A DNA stretch of 45,390 nucleotides from a bacterium (GCA_963619935.1 CAVEYA010000064.1:1-45390); one strand, 5' to 3'. Counted from the first letter of the stretch, positions 8,388-18,367 are shown. A program made the numbers and translations. The notes: generated from the letters alone by a model not told the origin.

Positions 8388-10049
8388 ATGAAATCTGTTA
8401 ACGGACAATCCCTTAAGCAAATGCTTATATCAGGATCAAATAATTTATATAATCACTATCCAGAAGTGGATGCTTTAAATGTTTTCCCAGTGCCTGATGG
8501 CGATACTGGTATGAACATGAATTTAACCATGACAAGTGGTTCAAAAGAAATTCAAAATCGTAGTGACTTAGATATCCATGAAATTGCGAAAGTATTCTCT
8601 CGTGGCTTATTAATGGGGGCAAGAGGAAACTCTGGTGTTATCACCAGTCAAATCTTCCGTGGCTTCGCTCAAGGCTTAGAAGGCAAAGAAGAAGTTAACG
8701 CAATTGAATTTGCGGATGCCTGGCAAAAAGGTGTTGAAGTCGCCTATAAAGCGGTTGTTAGACCTGTAGAAGGCACAATCTTAACAGTGATTAGAGAATC
8801 TAGCCAATATTTACATGATCATGTCAAAGAAAATATGACCATTGATAAAGCAATGGATTTATTAATTGAAGAAGCTAAAGCTTCTTTAAAGAGAACTCCT
8901 GAATTATTACCAATCTTAAAAGAAGTTGGTGTAGTTGATTCTGGCGGTCAAGGTTTAGTGAAAATCTTTGAAGGTATGCGTTTAGCAATTGCGGGTAACT
9001 TTGTGGAACGTAATCAAGCTACCGCGACCGATAAAGAAAATCCTCTTGTTGCCGCGGGAGCATCAATGGAAGATGAAGAATTTGGTTATTGTACTGAATT
9101 TATCATGTCTTTAGGACCTGATAGTGTGAAGAAAGTCTTTAATGAAAAAAGATTTACTAATATCTTAGCAAGCCATGGTAACTCCTTAGTCGTCGTGCGC
9201 GATGAAGATATTGTTAAGGTTCACGTGCACACAATGACTCCTGGTGTGGTCTTAAACTACGCTCAACAATTCGGTGAATTCTTAAAATTAAAAATTGAAA
9301 ATATGACCGAACAACATCACGCTTTAGAAACCGGCGCAACCGTAGAAGCTCATGTTGATTTAGTGGAAGAAAATAAACCAAAAGAGAAATACGCTATGAT
9401 CGCAGTTTCTTCTGGTGACGGATTAGATGAATTCTTCCGTGAAATTGGTATTACCGGTATTGTAAAAGGTGGTCAAACTATGAATCCATCTAGTGAAGAC
9501 TTCCTCTCTGCTATTAAGAAAGTGAATGCGGAAAATATTTATATTTTCCCAAATAACTCCAATATCGTGATGGCTGCTTCCCAAGCTTGTGAAATGGTAG
9601 AAGATAAAGATGTTCGTGTCTTTGTCATTCCAAGTAAAACAATTCCACAAGGCATTACAAGCGCAATTATGTTTAATCCAGAAGTTTCCCCTGAAGATAA
9701 CTTCAATGAAATGAAATCTGCTTTAAAGAATGTTAAGTCTGGCGAAATTACCTTTGCGATTAGAGACAGCGAAATTAATGGTGTTCAAGTACATAAAGAT
9801 GACTTCATTGGCATCATGGAAAAAGAAATTGTTGTCGATACAAAAAATAAAGAAGATGCTTTGTTTACATTATTAGATAAAATGATTGATGAAGATTCTT
9901 CCTTAATCACCTTAATCGTTGGTGCAGACATATCTGAAGAAGATGCAAACGCCTTAAGAGATAAAGTTAGCGAAAAATACAGCGACCTCGATATCGATGT
10001 GCATATGGGTCAACAACCAGTTTATTCATTCTTAGTAGGTGTTGAATAA
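8388..10049 (+). CDS. fakA: Fatty acid kinase ATP-binding subunit (DAK2-domain protein, YloV/FakA)
   Basis: 553 aa. Dak2 motif PDGDTGMNM. Sits in the conserved asp23 - fakA - recG position known from staphylococci and bacilli. Confidence 0.8.
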   Translation: MKSVNGQSLKQMLISGSNNLYNHYPEVDALNVFPVPDGDTGMNMNLTMTSGSKEIQNRSDLDIHEIAKVFSRGLLMGARGNSGVITSQIFRGFAQGLEGKEEVNAIEFADAWQKGVEVAYKAVVRPVEGTILTVIRESSQYLHDHVKENMTIDKAMDLLIEEAKASLKRTPELLPILKEVGVVDSGGQGLVKIFEGMRLAIAGNFVERNQATATDKENPLVAAGASMEDEEFGYCTEFIMSLGPDSVKKVFNEKRFTNILASHGNSLVVVRDEDIVKVHVHTMTPGVVLNYAQQFGEFLKLKIENMTEQHHALETGATVEAHVDLVEENKPKEKYAMIAVSSGDGLDEFFREIGITGIVKGGQTMNPSSEDFLSAIKKVNAENIYIFPNNSNIVMAASQACEMVEDKDVRVFVIPSKTIPQGITSAIMFNPEVSPEDNFNEMKSALKNVKSGEITFAIRDSEINGVQVHKDDFIGIMEKEIVVDTKNKEDALFTLLDKMIDEDSSLITLIVGADISEEDANALRDKVSEKYSDLDIDVHMGQQPVYSFLVGVE

Positions 10050-10071
10050 AGATTAATATAGTGAGAAAATG

Positions 10072-10099
10072 GCAAATCATTGATTTGCTATTTTTCTTT
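10072..10099 (+). terminator. Intrinsic terminator after fakA
   Basis: GCAAAT / ATTTGC stem within the palindrome GCAAATCATTGATTTGC, followed by TATTTTTCTTT. Confidence 0.55.
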
Positions 10100-10119
10100 A
10101 TAACTTGAATAATAAATAT

Positions 10120-12120
10120 ATGGATAAGTTAACTAAATCCCCACGTTTAAATAAATTACTTTACCAAATGGGTATTTTTAATAATTATCAAGTAATTGAA
10201 CATTTACCCAAAAGGTACGATAACCTTTCCTACACAGGTGAAAGAAATTTAAATGACAAACAAAGAGTAGTGTTATTAGGTAAAGTTATTTCATTACCAA
10301 AAGTAGTACAAGCAAAAAAGCTCACTGTAGTCACTTTTGATTTTATGACGGTCAATAAGTCATATTTCCGTATTGTGGCCTTCAATCGGCCTTATTTAGG
10401 CAAATCTATTGATTTAGTGAACGATTACACCCTTGTTGGAACCTATAATTTAAAAAGAAATGAAATTGATTTAGTGAATATTTATAAAGGGGAGATTCCT
10501 TTAGAAGAGAGAATTAAACCGATTTATAATTTACCTTCTGATTATCCAAATCATCTATTTTCTCATTTAGTAAAAAAGTCATTAACTGAATTAGAAGGTA
10601 AAATTTTTACCTCTATTCCTTATGTCTATTTAAATAAATATCGTTTAGTGAAAAAAGAAGTCGCGATGAATTGGGCTCATTTTCCCACAAACTTTGAACA
10701 AGTCAGACAAGCATTAAGACATTTAAAATATGAAGAAGCATTATTATTCTCTTTAAAGAATCAAATTATTCGCGAAGAAAATAAATCTTTAGCGAAGATT
10801 AAAAAAGAACCGATTGATTTATCTATCTGTAAACCATTTTTAGATAATTTGCCTTATTCTTTGACTGATGATCAAAAAGTGGCTTGTGATGAAATTATTA
10901 ATGATATGAATCAATCTTCTTTAATGTATCGTTTATTACAAGGGGATGTAGGAACTGGTAAGACACTTGTGTCTTTCATTTGCTTATATGCAAATTATAT
11001 TCGCGGAGACCAAGGAGCTTTAATGGCGCCTACTGACGCTTTAGCAAGACAACATTATCAAAACGCTTTAGAAATGTTTAATGACACTAAAATTAGGATT
11101 GCTTTATTACTTGGCTCAACTCCGAACAGTGAGAAAAAACAAATTTATCAAGATTTAGAAGATGGCACGATTGATATTGTGATAGGGACTCACGCTTTAT
11201 TTTCTAAATCTGTTAACTATTCTTCTTTAGGTCTAGCAATTATTGATGAGCAACATCGTTTTGGTGTAAACCAAAGAGTAATGCTAGCAAATAAGGGTGA
11301 ACACGCAGATTTATTAATGATGTCCGCAACTCCTATTCCAAGAAGCTTAGCGTTAACTTTATATGGTGATTTAGATATTTCTACATTAACTAGTTTTCCT
11401 GGTAAGAAAAGATTAGTGACCACTGAGATAGTAGAATCAAACGATCAAAAAATATATGACACGATTGATGAATCCTTAAAAGAAAATAGACAAGTTTATA
11501 TTGTTGCACCTTTAATTGATTATCACGAAGATGAACGATATTCTGTGGAACAATTATTTGCGAGATTTGCTCTTAAATATAAAGGTAAAGTAGGTTTATT
11601 ACATGGTAGAATGAAAGTTGAAGAAAAAGAAAACGCTTTAGCTAAATTCTATAGTGGAGAACTACCTATTTTAGTCTCCACACCAGTTATTGAAGTTGGG
11701 ATTGATGTAAAAAAGGCAAACACGATGGTTATCTATGATGCTTCTAGTTTTGGCCTAGCCTCACTTCACCAATTACGAGGACGTATTGGTAGAGATGGTA
11801 GCAAAGCCCATTGTTTATTAACAATGGATGAAGATTGTGACGAAGCTAAAGAGCGTTTAAATATTTTAGTAAATAGTGAAGATGGCTTTAAAATTGCGGA
11901 AGAAGATATGAAATTACGTGGGCCAGGTGAATTAACAGGAGTAAAACAGTCTGGTTTACCAAATTTCTCATTCTTAAATATTATTAATGACTATAAAGTT
12001 TTTGTTGTTGCCAGAGACGACGCAAAAGAGATTTTGAAGGATAAAAATAATAAATATTATTCTTGGATTATTAATAAAGCTAAATTAGATATTACAAATA
12101 GTCCTTCTATTAAGGGATAA
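10120..12120 (+). CDS. recG: ATP-dependent DNA helicase RecG
   Basis: About 666 aa from ATG 10120 (ORF-track TTG 10105 possible). Walker A GDVGTGKT, DEQH box, C-terminal helicase motifs. Confidence 0.9.
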   Translation: MDKLTKSPRLNKLLYQMGIFNNYQVIEHLPKRYDNLSYTGERNLNDKQRVVLLGKVISLPKVVQAKKLTVVTFDFMTVNKSYFRIVAFNRPYLGKSIDLVNDYTLVGTYNLKRNEIDLVNIYKGEIPLEERIKPIYNLPSDYPNHLFSHLVKKSLTELEGKIFTSIPYVYLNKYRLVKKEVAMNWAHFPTNFEQVRQALRHLKYEEALLFSLKNQIIREENKSLAKIKKEPIDLSICKPFLDNLPYSLTDDQKVACDEIINDMNQSSLMYRLLQGDVGTGKTLVSFICLYANYIRGDQGALMAPTDALARQHYQNALEMFNDTKIRIALLLGSTPNSEKKQIYQDLEDGTIDIVIGTHALFSKSVNYSSLGLAIIDEQHRFGVNQRVMLANKGEHADLLMMSATPIPRSLALTLYGDLDISTLTSFPGKKRLVTTEIVESNDQKIYDTIDESLKENRQVYIVAPLIDYHEDERYSVEQLFARFALKYKGKVGLLHGRMKVEEKENALAKFYSGELPILVSTPVIEVGIDVKKANTMVIYDASSFGLASLHQLRGRIGRDGSKAHCLLTMDEDCDEAKERLNILVNSEDGFKIAEEDMKLRGPGELTGVKQSGLPNFSFLNIINDYKVFVVARDDAKEILKDKNNKYYSWIINKAKLDITNSPSIKG

Positions 12121-12141
12121 TACATTTTACAAAACAATAAA

Positions 12142-12171
12142 TTGTTTTAGATAGCGTATCAATGATACAAT
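12142..12171 (+). promoter_or_regulatory. Candidate promoter for plsX-rnc-ftsY
   Basis: TTGTTT, 18-nt spacer, TGaTACAAT extended -10 (TACAAT at 12166-12171). Confidence 0.4.
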
Positions 12172-12190
12172 ACTTAGCGAGGTATTTACT

Positions 12191-13171
12191 ATGTTAAAAA
12201 TTGTTGTTGATGCGATGGGTGGAGATTTAGGCTCCAGCGCAGTCGTTGATGGTGTATTAGCCTTTTTAAAAGAAAATCATGATGTGGAAATTACCGCAGT
12301 TGGTAAAAAAGAAGAATTAACTGCATTAGAAAATAAATGCCGTATTATTGACGCTCCTGATATTGTTCCTATGGAAGCAGGAGCTTTAGAAGTTATGAGA
12401 ATGAAAAATTCTTCTATGATGGTGGCTATTAAAACAATGAAAGAAGAAGGACTAGACGCTGTTGTTTCTTGTGGCTCCACTGGTGGATTTTTAAGTGCTT
12501 CAACAATTAATTTAAAAATGATTCCTGGCGTGAAAAGAGCAGCTTTAGTTGCTCCTTTCCCAACCCAAATTAAAGGCAAGAAAGTTGTTATTCTTGATAT
12601 TGGAGCAAATAACGAAAACTCACCTGAAGAATTAGTACAATTTGCCTTAATGGGTAAGCTATATAGCGAAAGCGTTTATGGCGTTAAAGAACCAAAGGTT
12701 TATTTATTAAGCAATGGGGCAGAAGAAGGTAAAGGCGCTCCAGAAGTTAAAGAAGCTTATAAGCTATTAAAAGAAAATAATTTCCCTGGATTTATGGGAA
12801 ACATTGAAGCACGTTATGCCTTAAATGGTGAAGCGGATGTCGTTGTAGCGGATGGCTTTACAGGCAATGTGTTTTTAAAATCTTCCGAAGGAATTGCTAA
12901 AATTATGTCTTCTATGATGAAGAAAGCTTTTAAGCAAAATCTATGGACTAAGTTAGGCTATCTCCATGTTAAAAAAGGTATCAAAGAAATGAGCGACACA
13001 ATGGATTATAAACACACTGGTGGGGCAATGCTCCTTGGTGTGAATGGTGTGGTTGTTAAAGCTCATGGCAGTTCCAATGGCCAAGCCTTTAAATGCGCCT
13101 TAGATGTTGCAAAAAAATTAGCAATTAATGATGTTGCTAATAAGATAAAGAAGGGCCTCGCAAATGAGTAA
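12191..13171 (+). CDS. plsX: Phosphate acyltransferase PlsX
   Basis: 326 aa. Typical PlsX sequence (VDAMGGD, CGSTGG, HGSS). Confidence 0.95.
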   Translation: MLKIVVDAMGGDLGSSAVVDGVLAFLKENHDVEITAVGKKEELTALENKCRIIDAPDIVPMEAGALEVMRMKNSSMMVAIKTMKEEGLDAVVSCGSTGGFLSASTINLKMIPGVKRAALVAPFPTQIKGKKVVILDIGANNENSPEELVQFALMGKLYSESVYGVKEPKVYLLSNGAEEGKGAPEVKEAYKLLKENNFPGFMGNIEARYALNGEADVVVADGFTGNVFLKSSEGIAKIMSSMMKKAFKQNLWTKLGYLHVKKGIKEMSDTMDYKHTGGAMLLGVNGVVVKAHGSSNGQAFKCALDVAKKLAINDVANKIKKGLANE

Positions 13172-13847
13172 TTTAGCGGAATTAGAAAAAGTATTAGGAA
13201 TTAAAATCCATAATGAAGTTCTTTATGAACTTGCTTTAACTCATCCTTCAAATAACGCAGATGCTAATACGAAACACCGTGATTATGAAAGATTAGAATT
13301 CATGGGCGATGCAGTCCTTGGATATGTTTCGGCAGATTTGATTTTTAAATCTCGACCAGAGATGGATCAAGGTTTAATGAGTAAATTAAGAAGTTATTTA
13401 GTTAAATCTCATTCTTTAGCGGAATACGCTAGACAAATAGATCTAGCCCGTTTTATTAAAACGGGACATTCATTGAACACTGCTAATATTTTTGCGAGTG
13501 ATAAAATCTTAGAAGATGTTTTTGAAGCTTTAATAGGTGCTATTTATTTAGATTTAGGTATTGAAGTTGCTTATAAATATATTGAGCGTTTTTTAAAGGA
13601 TGATGTTAAAAATACAAAAGTGGAAGATTTAACGGATTGTAAATCTCGTTTACAAGAAGAAATGCAATCTGAATATCGTGATAGTGTGCATTATGTTTTA
13701 ATTGGTCAATCAGGCCCTGCTCATGATCGCACTTTTGAAGTTAATGTAATGTTTAATGATATTGTTTTAGCTTCAGGCAAAGGCAAAAGCAAAAAAGCTG
13801 CAGAAGAAGAAGCGGCAAGAAATGCTTTAGCGAAAAGGAGCGTGTAA
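13164..13847 (+). CDS. rnc: Ribonuclease III
   Basis: 227 aa. RNase III signature ERLEFMGDAVL and a C-terminal dsRBD. Overlaps plsX by 8 nt. Confidence 0.95.
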   Translation: MSNLAELEKVLGIKIHNEVLYELALTHPSNNADANTKHRDYERLEFMGDAVLGYVSADLIFKSRPEMDQGLMSKLRSYLVKSHSLAEYARQIDLARFIKTGHSLNTANIFASDKILEDVFEALIGAIYLDLGIEVAYKYIERFLKDDVKNTKVEDLTDCKSRLQEEMQSEYRDSVHYVLIGQSGPAHDRTFEVNVMFNDIVLASGKGKSKKAAEEEAARNALAKRSV

Positions 13848-14818
13848 TGGGTTTAATATCATTTTTAAAAAGCAAATTTGCGAAAAAAGATACTGAGACT
13901 GCAAAATATTCTAACGGGATGGAAAAATCACGGAAGAATTTTTCTAGTAAATTAAAAAATCTTTCTAGTCGTTATAAAACGGTTAACCAAGAATATTTTG
14001 ATGAGTTAGAACAAATCTTAATTGAATCTGACGCTGGTATAAATTTTACTTTGAATATCATTGAAGAAGTTTTAGAAAGAAGTAAAAAAGAACATATTAC
14101 CGATCCTAAAACTATTAATGAAATTTTGGTCGATAGAATGTTTATTGGCTATGCCGAAAAGGGTGATATTCAAAATGAAATTTCTTTCAAAGAAGGAACA
14201 CCTACAGTTTTACTGGTTGTTGGCGTTAATGGGGTTGGTAAAACTACCACGATAGCAAAATTAGCTAAAAGGTATTTAGACCAGCATAAAAAAGTAATGC
14301 TTGTTGCTGCCGATACATTTAGAGCGGGAGCAGTTGAACAATTAACTGTTTGGGCAAATCGATTAAAGATTGATATTGTATCAGGGGCTAATGAAGCTGA
14401 TCCAGCTAGTGTTGCTTTTGATGGAGTAAAAAGAGCTAAACAAGAAAATTGTGATTTAGTGATTATTGACACTGCTGGTAGACTCCAAACTAAAGCTAAC
14501 TTAATGGCAGAATTGGCCAAAATTAAAAGAGTTATCTCTAAAGAGATAGAAGGTGCCCCACAAGAAACTTTCTTAATTATTGATGCAACGACTGGTCAAA
14601 ATGGTGTTTTACAAGCAAAAGCCTTTGCGGAAGTTACTGACTTAACCGGTGTTGTGATTACTAAAATGGATGGCACTAGTAAAGGCGGTATTATTCTTGC
14701 AATCCGTGATGAACTAGGAGTGCCGGTGCGTTTTATTGGCTTAGGCGAAAAAATGGATGATTTAACTGAATTTGATTTGGATAAATATCTCTATGGACTA
14801 TGTGTGGAGGATGAATAA
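13847..14818 (+). CDS. ftsY: Signal recognition particle receptor FtsY
   Basis: 323 aa. SRP GTPase motifs GVNGVGKTTT, DTAGR, TKMD. 1-nt overlap with the rnc stop. Confidence 0.95.
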   Translation: MGLISFLKSKFAKKDTETAKYSNGMEKSRKNFSSKLKNLSSRYKTVNQEYFDELEQILIESDAGINFTLNIIEEVLERSKKEHITDPKTINEILVDRMFIGYAEKGDIQNEISFKEGTPTVLLVVGVNGVGKTTTIAKLAKRYLDQHKKVMLVAADTFRAGAVEQLTVWANRLKIDIVSGANEADPASVAFDGVKRAKQENCDLVIIDTAGRLQTKANLMAELAKIKRVISKEIEGAPQETFLIIDATTGQNGVLQAKAFAEVTDLTGVVITKMDGTSKGGIILAIRDELGVPVRFIGLGEKMDDLTEFDLDKYLYGLCVEDE

Positions 14819-15144
14819 TGGCAAACTCATTAGAAACCACTCTCAAATATTCTGATTTATTGCTTCTTTATCAAAATCTCTTATCGGATACCCAAAAAGA
14901 AATATTGGATGATTATTTCTCATATAATCTTTCCATCAGTGAAATTGCCGAAAATCGTGAAATTTCTCGTTCTGCAGTTGAAGACGCAATTAAGAAAGGC
15001 AAAAAGAAACTTGATCAAATTGAAAAAGAAATTGGCAATTTACAAGTTTTAAATATTATTTATCAAATGAAAAGTGATGCTACTGATGAAAAAGTCATTG
15101 CATCCTTAGAAGAAATAGAAAGGATTATGAAACATGGCATTTGA
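14818..15144 (+). CDS. ylxM: YlxM/UPF0122 putative helix-turn-helix protein of the SRP operon
   Basis: 108 aa. Sigma-70 region-4-like HTH (LSISEIAENREISRSAV). Conserved position immediately before ffh. Confidence 0.8.
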   Translation: MANSLETTLKYSDLLLLYQNLLSDTQKEILDDYFSYNLSISEIAENREISRSAVEDAIKKGKKKLDQIEKEIGNLQVLNIIYQMKSDATDEKVIASLEEIERIMKHGI

Positions 15145-16498
15145 ATCCTTAAGTGATAAATTATCACTCATATTTAAAAAAATCCGTGGTCAGGCTCGTT
15201 TAACTGAGAGCAACATGGAAGACATGCTTAAAGAAATTCGTGTTGCTTTATTAGAGGCTGATGTTAACTACAAAGTAGTTAAAGAATTCACAAATAATGT
15301 GCGCGAAAAAGCATTAGGACAGGATGTTTTAGGCAAATTAAACCCTTCCCAAATGTTAGTGGGAATCGTACATGATGAATTAGTAGATTTATTAGGTAGC
15401 ACTGATAGTGAAATTCATTATCAAAACAACCGCCCAACAGTCATTATGATGGTAGGTTTACAAGGTTCTGGTAAAACCACCAGTACTGGTAAACTTGCCT
15501 ATTTAATGAAAAATAAATTACATAAGAAAGTACTTTTAGCTGCTGGTGACATTTATCGTCCAGCCGCTATTGAGCAATTAGATCAAATTGCGAAAAGTGT
15601 CGGAGTTGATTTAGTTAATTTAGGTACTAAAATATCTCCTGTAGAAATTGCAAAAAAAGCAAAAGAAAAAGCATTTAATGAACATTATGACGTTTTAATT
15701 ATTGATACTGCAGGTCGTTTACAAATTGATGAGCAGTTAATGCAAGAACTAAATGATATTAAAGATGCTGTAAGTCCTGATGAAATTTTACTTTTAATCG
15801 ATGCTATGGCAGGTCAAGACGCTGTTAATGTAGCAAATACATTTAATGAAAAATTGGCTTTAACTGGTGCAATTATGTCTAAGTTAGATGGTGACGCACG
15901 TGGTGGTGCAGCTTTATCTATTAGACATATGACTGGTGTCCCTATTAAATTCTCTGGTTTAGGTGAAAAAGTATCTGATTTAGATGTTTTCCATCCTGAT
16001 AGAATGGCAGACCGTATTCTTGGTATGGGTGATGTCGTTACATTAGTGGAAAAAGTCAAAGAAGAAATCGATGAAAAAGAAGCACGTAAAGCCGCCAGCA
16101 AGATGATGTCTGGTAAATTCGACTTAGACGATATGCTTAGTAATATGCGCAAAGTACAAAAAATGGGTTCTTTAGGTGGCTTGCTTAAACTTATTCCAGG
16201 TATGCCAAAAGTATCCCCTGAACAACAAGCTGCAGCAGAAAAACAAATGAAAGATTTTGAAACTATCATTAATTCTATGACAAAACAAGAAAAGGCCAAT
16301 CCGGAAATACTAAAATATTCCCGTAAGCAAAGAATTGCTAATGGTAGTGGTAAAACGGTGGCAGATGTTAATAAAGTTTTAAAGAAATTTGAACAAATGC
16401 AACAAATGATGAAACAAATGGAAGCCTATAAGAAAAGCGGACGTGTTCCTCCAGGAGGTCTCGGCGGTATGGGAGGAATGGGCGGATTCCCAATGTAA
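15134..16498 (+). CDS. ffh: Signal recognition particle protein Ffh
   Basis: 454 aa. GLQGSGKTT, DTAGR, SKLD motifs. Met-rich M domain and a Gly/Met tail. Confidence 0.95.
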   Translation: MAFESLSDKLSLIFKKIRGQARLTESNMEDMLKEIRVALLEADVNYKVVKEFTNNVREKALGQDVLGKLNPSQMLVGIVHDELVDLLGSTDSEIHYQNNRPTVIMMVGLQGSGKTTSTGKLAYLMKNKLHKKVLLAAGDIYRPAAIEQLDQIAKSVGVDLVNLGTKISPVEIAKKAKEKAFNEHYDVLIIDTAGRLQIDEQLMQELNDIKDAVSPDEILLLIDAMAGQDAVNVANTFNEKLALTGAIMSKLDGDARGGAALSIRHMTGVPIKFSGLGEKVSDLDVFHPDRMADRILGMGDVVTLVEKVKEEIDEKEARKAASKMMSGKFDLDDMLSNMRKVQKMGSLGGLLKLIPGMPKVSPEQQAAAEKQMKDFETIINSMTKQEKANPEILKYSRKQRIANGSGKTVADVNKVLKKFEQMQQMMKQMEAYKKSGRVPPGGLGGMGGMGGFPM

Positions 16499-16504
16499 AA
16501 AAAT

Positions 16505-16525
16505 AGAGAGGAATTTAACCTCTCT
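16505..16525. terminator. Bidirectional intrinsic terminator shared by convergent ffh and trmD
   Basis: AGAGAGG / CCTCTCT stem with a 7-nt loop. An A-run precedes it and a T-run follows it, so a U-tract exists on both strands. It fills the whole 28-bp gap. Confidence 0.75.
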
Positions 16526-16526
16526 T

Positions 16527-17300
16527 TTATTTTATGAACTTATGACCTTTTTCAATTGCTTTCTTTTCCCAATCAGGAGACTCATCATTTCCTAATTCTT
16601 TTAATAATTTTTGATCTTCTTTGGTAAGTTTATATTTTTCAAATAAGTCAGGCCGATTTTCTTTTGTTAATTTTAAGGACTGTTTTTGTCTCCATTTATT
16701 AATCGCTGTGTGATTTCCTGAATAAAGAATATCTGGTATCTTATCGCCATTAAAATCAAATGGTTCTGTATATTGAGGATATTCTAATAATCCATTTTCA
16801 AATGATTCTTCTTTTGTGGATTCGTTAGAAATCGCTCCATCAATTAAGCGGATGATGGAATCAGATATTGCCATTGCTCCTATTTCTCCACCAGTAAGTA
16901 TGTAGTCCCCAATAGAAACTTGTTCATCAACATATTTATTGACTCTTTCGTCAATTCCTTCATAATGGCCACATAAAATAATTAAATCTTGCACATTTTC
17001 TTTGTAAAAGTGTGCTTTTTCTTGGCTATAAGTCTTGCCTCGTGGGGATAAAAGAATAGTGTGAGACTCTGGAGTTTTGACAGCATTTAAGCAATCAATG
17101 ATTGGTTGGCATTTCATAATTAAGCCAGCTCCTCCACCCACTGGAGGATTATCAACACGACCGTATTTATCCTTTGTGTAATCACGGATATTAATGATTT
17201 TAATTTCAACAACATTTTTACTCACTGCTCTTTTAATTATTGAGTTAGTGAGAAAACCATCAAACATTTCAGGGAATAAAGTTAGAATAGTTATTTTCAT
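16527..17300 (-). CDS. trmD: tRNA (guanine37-N1)-methyltransferase TrmD
   Basis: 257 aa. Typical TrmD sequence (ITLFPEMF, GGGAGLIMK, CGHYEGIDERV). Confidence 0.95.
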   Translation of the reverse strand: MKITILTLFPEMFDGFLTNSIIKRAVSKNVVEIKIINIRDYTKDKYGRVDNPPVGGGAGLIMKCQPIIDCLNAVKTPESHTILLSPRGKTYSQEKAHFYKENVQDLIILCGHYEGIDERVNKYVDEQVSIGDYILTGGEIGAMAISDSIIRLIDGAISNESTKEESFENGLLEYPQYTEPFDFNGDKIPDILYSGNHTAINKWRQKQSLKLTKENRPDLFEKYKLTKEDQKLLKELGNDESPDWEKKAIEKGHKFIK

Positions 17301-17806
17301 AGCATACCCTCCACAATATTGACGGTGATTTGCTTATTTTTGATATCTACTTTAATAATAAATTCTTTAATAAAAGGAACAAAGAAATCTTTATTATTAT
17401 CTCTTTTAATTCGCAAAGTGATTTGTGCTGGGAATTCTTCAACTTCCTTAACTACACCATAGGATTTGCCATCCTTATCAATAATTGTGCATCCTCTTAA
17501 ATCAGAATAGAAATAATAACCTTCTTTTAAATCTTTTTCATCTTTAACAATTTGTATTTCAAAACCTTTTAAAGATAATGCCTCTTCCTCATTTTGAATT
17601 TCATTAAATTGAACAATATCAAATTTACCACTAGAGTGATATGAAAAAACTGTTACTTCTTTTCTTTCCTTGCTTGTTGGATTAAAAAGTAACACTTTGT
17701 TTCCCTTTTTGTATCTTTCCTTTGCTTTATCAGTGGTTGATATAACTCTAACTGCACCTTTAAAGGAAAAAACATCTATAATTGTCCCTAATGATAAGTA
17801 TTCCAT
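17297..17806 (-). CDS. rimM: 16S rRNA processing protein RimM
   Basis: 169 aa. RimM-like N-terminal beta-barrel and PRC domain. ATGA overlap with trmD. Confidence 0.9.
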   Translation of the reverse strand: MEYLSLGTIIDVFSFKGAVRVISTTDKAKERYKKGNKVLLFNPTSKERKEVTVFSYHSSGKFDIVQFNEIQNEEEALSLKGFEIQIVKDEKDLKEGYYFYSDLRGCTIIDKDGKSYGVVKEVEEFPAQITLRIKRDNNKDFFVPFIKEFIIKVDIKNKQITVNIVEGML

Positions 17807-17815
17807 ATAAATTTA

Positions 17816-17842
17816 CCAAAAAAGAGGATTAATCCTCTTTTT
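17816..17842 (-). terminator. Intra-operon hairpin/attenuator between the KH-protein gene and rimM
   Basis: Minus strand reads AAAAGAGGA-TTAA-TCCTCTTTT followed by TTGG. The KH-gene stop codon TAA lies in the loop. Confidence 0.5.
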
Positions 17843-18095
17843 CTTCTTCTTCAAATGATTCAAACTTCAGGTGAATGTGACGATTTTCACTTTTGCCTGC
17901 GACTGAAACCACTTCTCTTAAAGCGTTTGCGATAATGCCATGACGTCCAATAAGACGGGCGGTGTCATTTTTTTCTGCAGCAATAAGGATAGTCACATCC
18001 TTTCCGCTTTCTTCTTCGTTAACACGGATTAAAACGGAATCAGGTTCTTCAACAATTGGATCAATGAGAGCGTGAATAATTTTCTCGTAATCCAT
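17829..18095 (-). CDS. KH-domain RNA-binding protein (YlqC/UPF0109)
   Basis: 88 aa. GxxG-type KH motif (IGRHGIIANALR). Conserved position after rpsP. Confidence 0.85.
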   Translation of the reverse strand: MDYEKIIHALIDPIVEEPDSVLIRVNEEESGKDVTILIAAEKNDTARLIGRHGIIANALREVVSVAGKSENRHIHLKFESFEEEEKED

Positions 18096-18097
18096 TG

Positions 18098-18367
18098 TTA
18101 TTTAGCTTTCTTATCAGCTGCTTTAGCGTTTAAGCCTTTGCGGTTGAACATAGCTTTAACTGTTTCTGAAGGTGTTGCACCTAAACTTAACCATTTGAGA
18201 GCTAATTCTTCATCGATAACTGCGTTTTCGACGCCTTTTGCTGGGTCAAAGTAACCAATTTGTTCGATGTAGCGGCCATCACGTGCGAAACGTGAATCAG
18301 CGGCAACGATACGATAAAATGGATCCTTATGACGACCAATTCTTGTTAATCTAATTTTAACTGCCAT
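18098..18367 (-). CDS. rpsP: 30S ribosomal protein S16
   Basis: 89 aa starting [11 protein letters not shown], with AAGGAGG SD 8 nt upstream. The ORF-track start at 18424 adds 19 non-conserved residues and overlaps the promoter. Confidence 0.95.
   Translation of the reverse strand: MAVKIRLTRIGRHKDPFYRIVAADSRFARDGRYIEQIGYFDPAKGVENAVIDEELALKWLSLGATPSETVKAMFNRKGLNAKAADKKAK

Noticed and set aside
14170-14520. 116-aa antisense ORF inside ftsY; the same applies to 12277-12579 in plsX and 28365-28646 in frr
   Set aside because: Same reasoning: these are shadow frames of conserved genes with no independent signals.
15814-16299. 161-aa antisense ORF inside ffh
   Set aside because: It lies opposite a strongly conserved gene. 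Its translation is low-complexity Ser/Ile/Phe-rich, with no SD and no promoter. This is a typical shadow ORF of AT-rich coding DNA.
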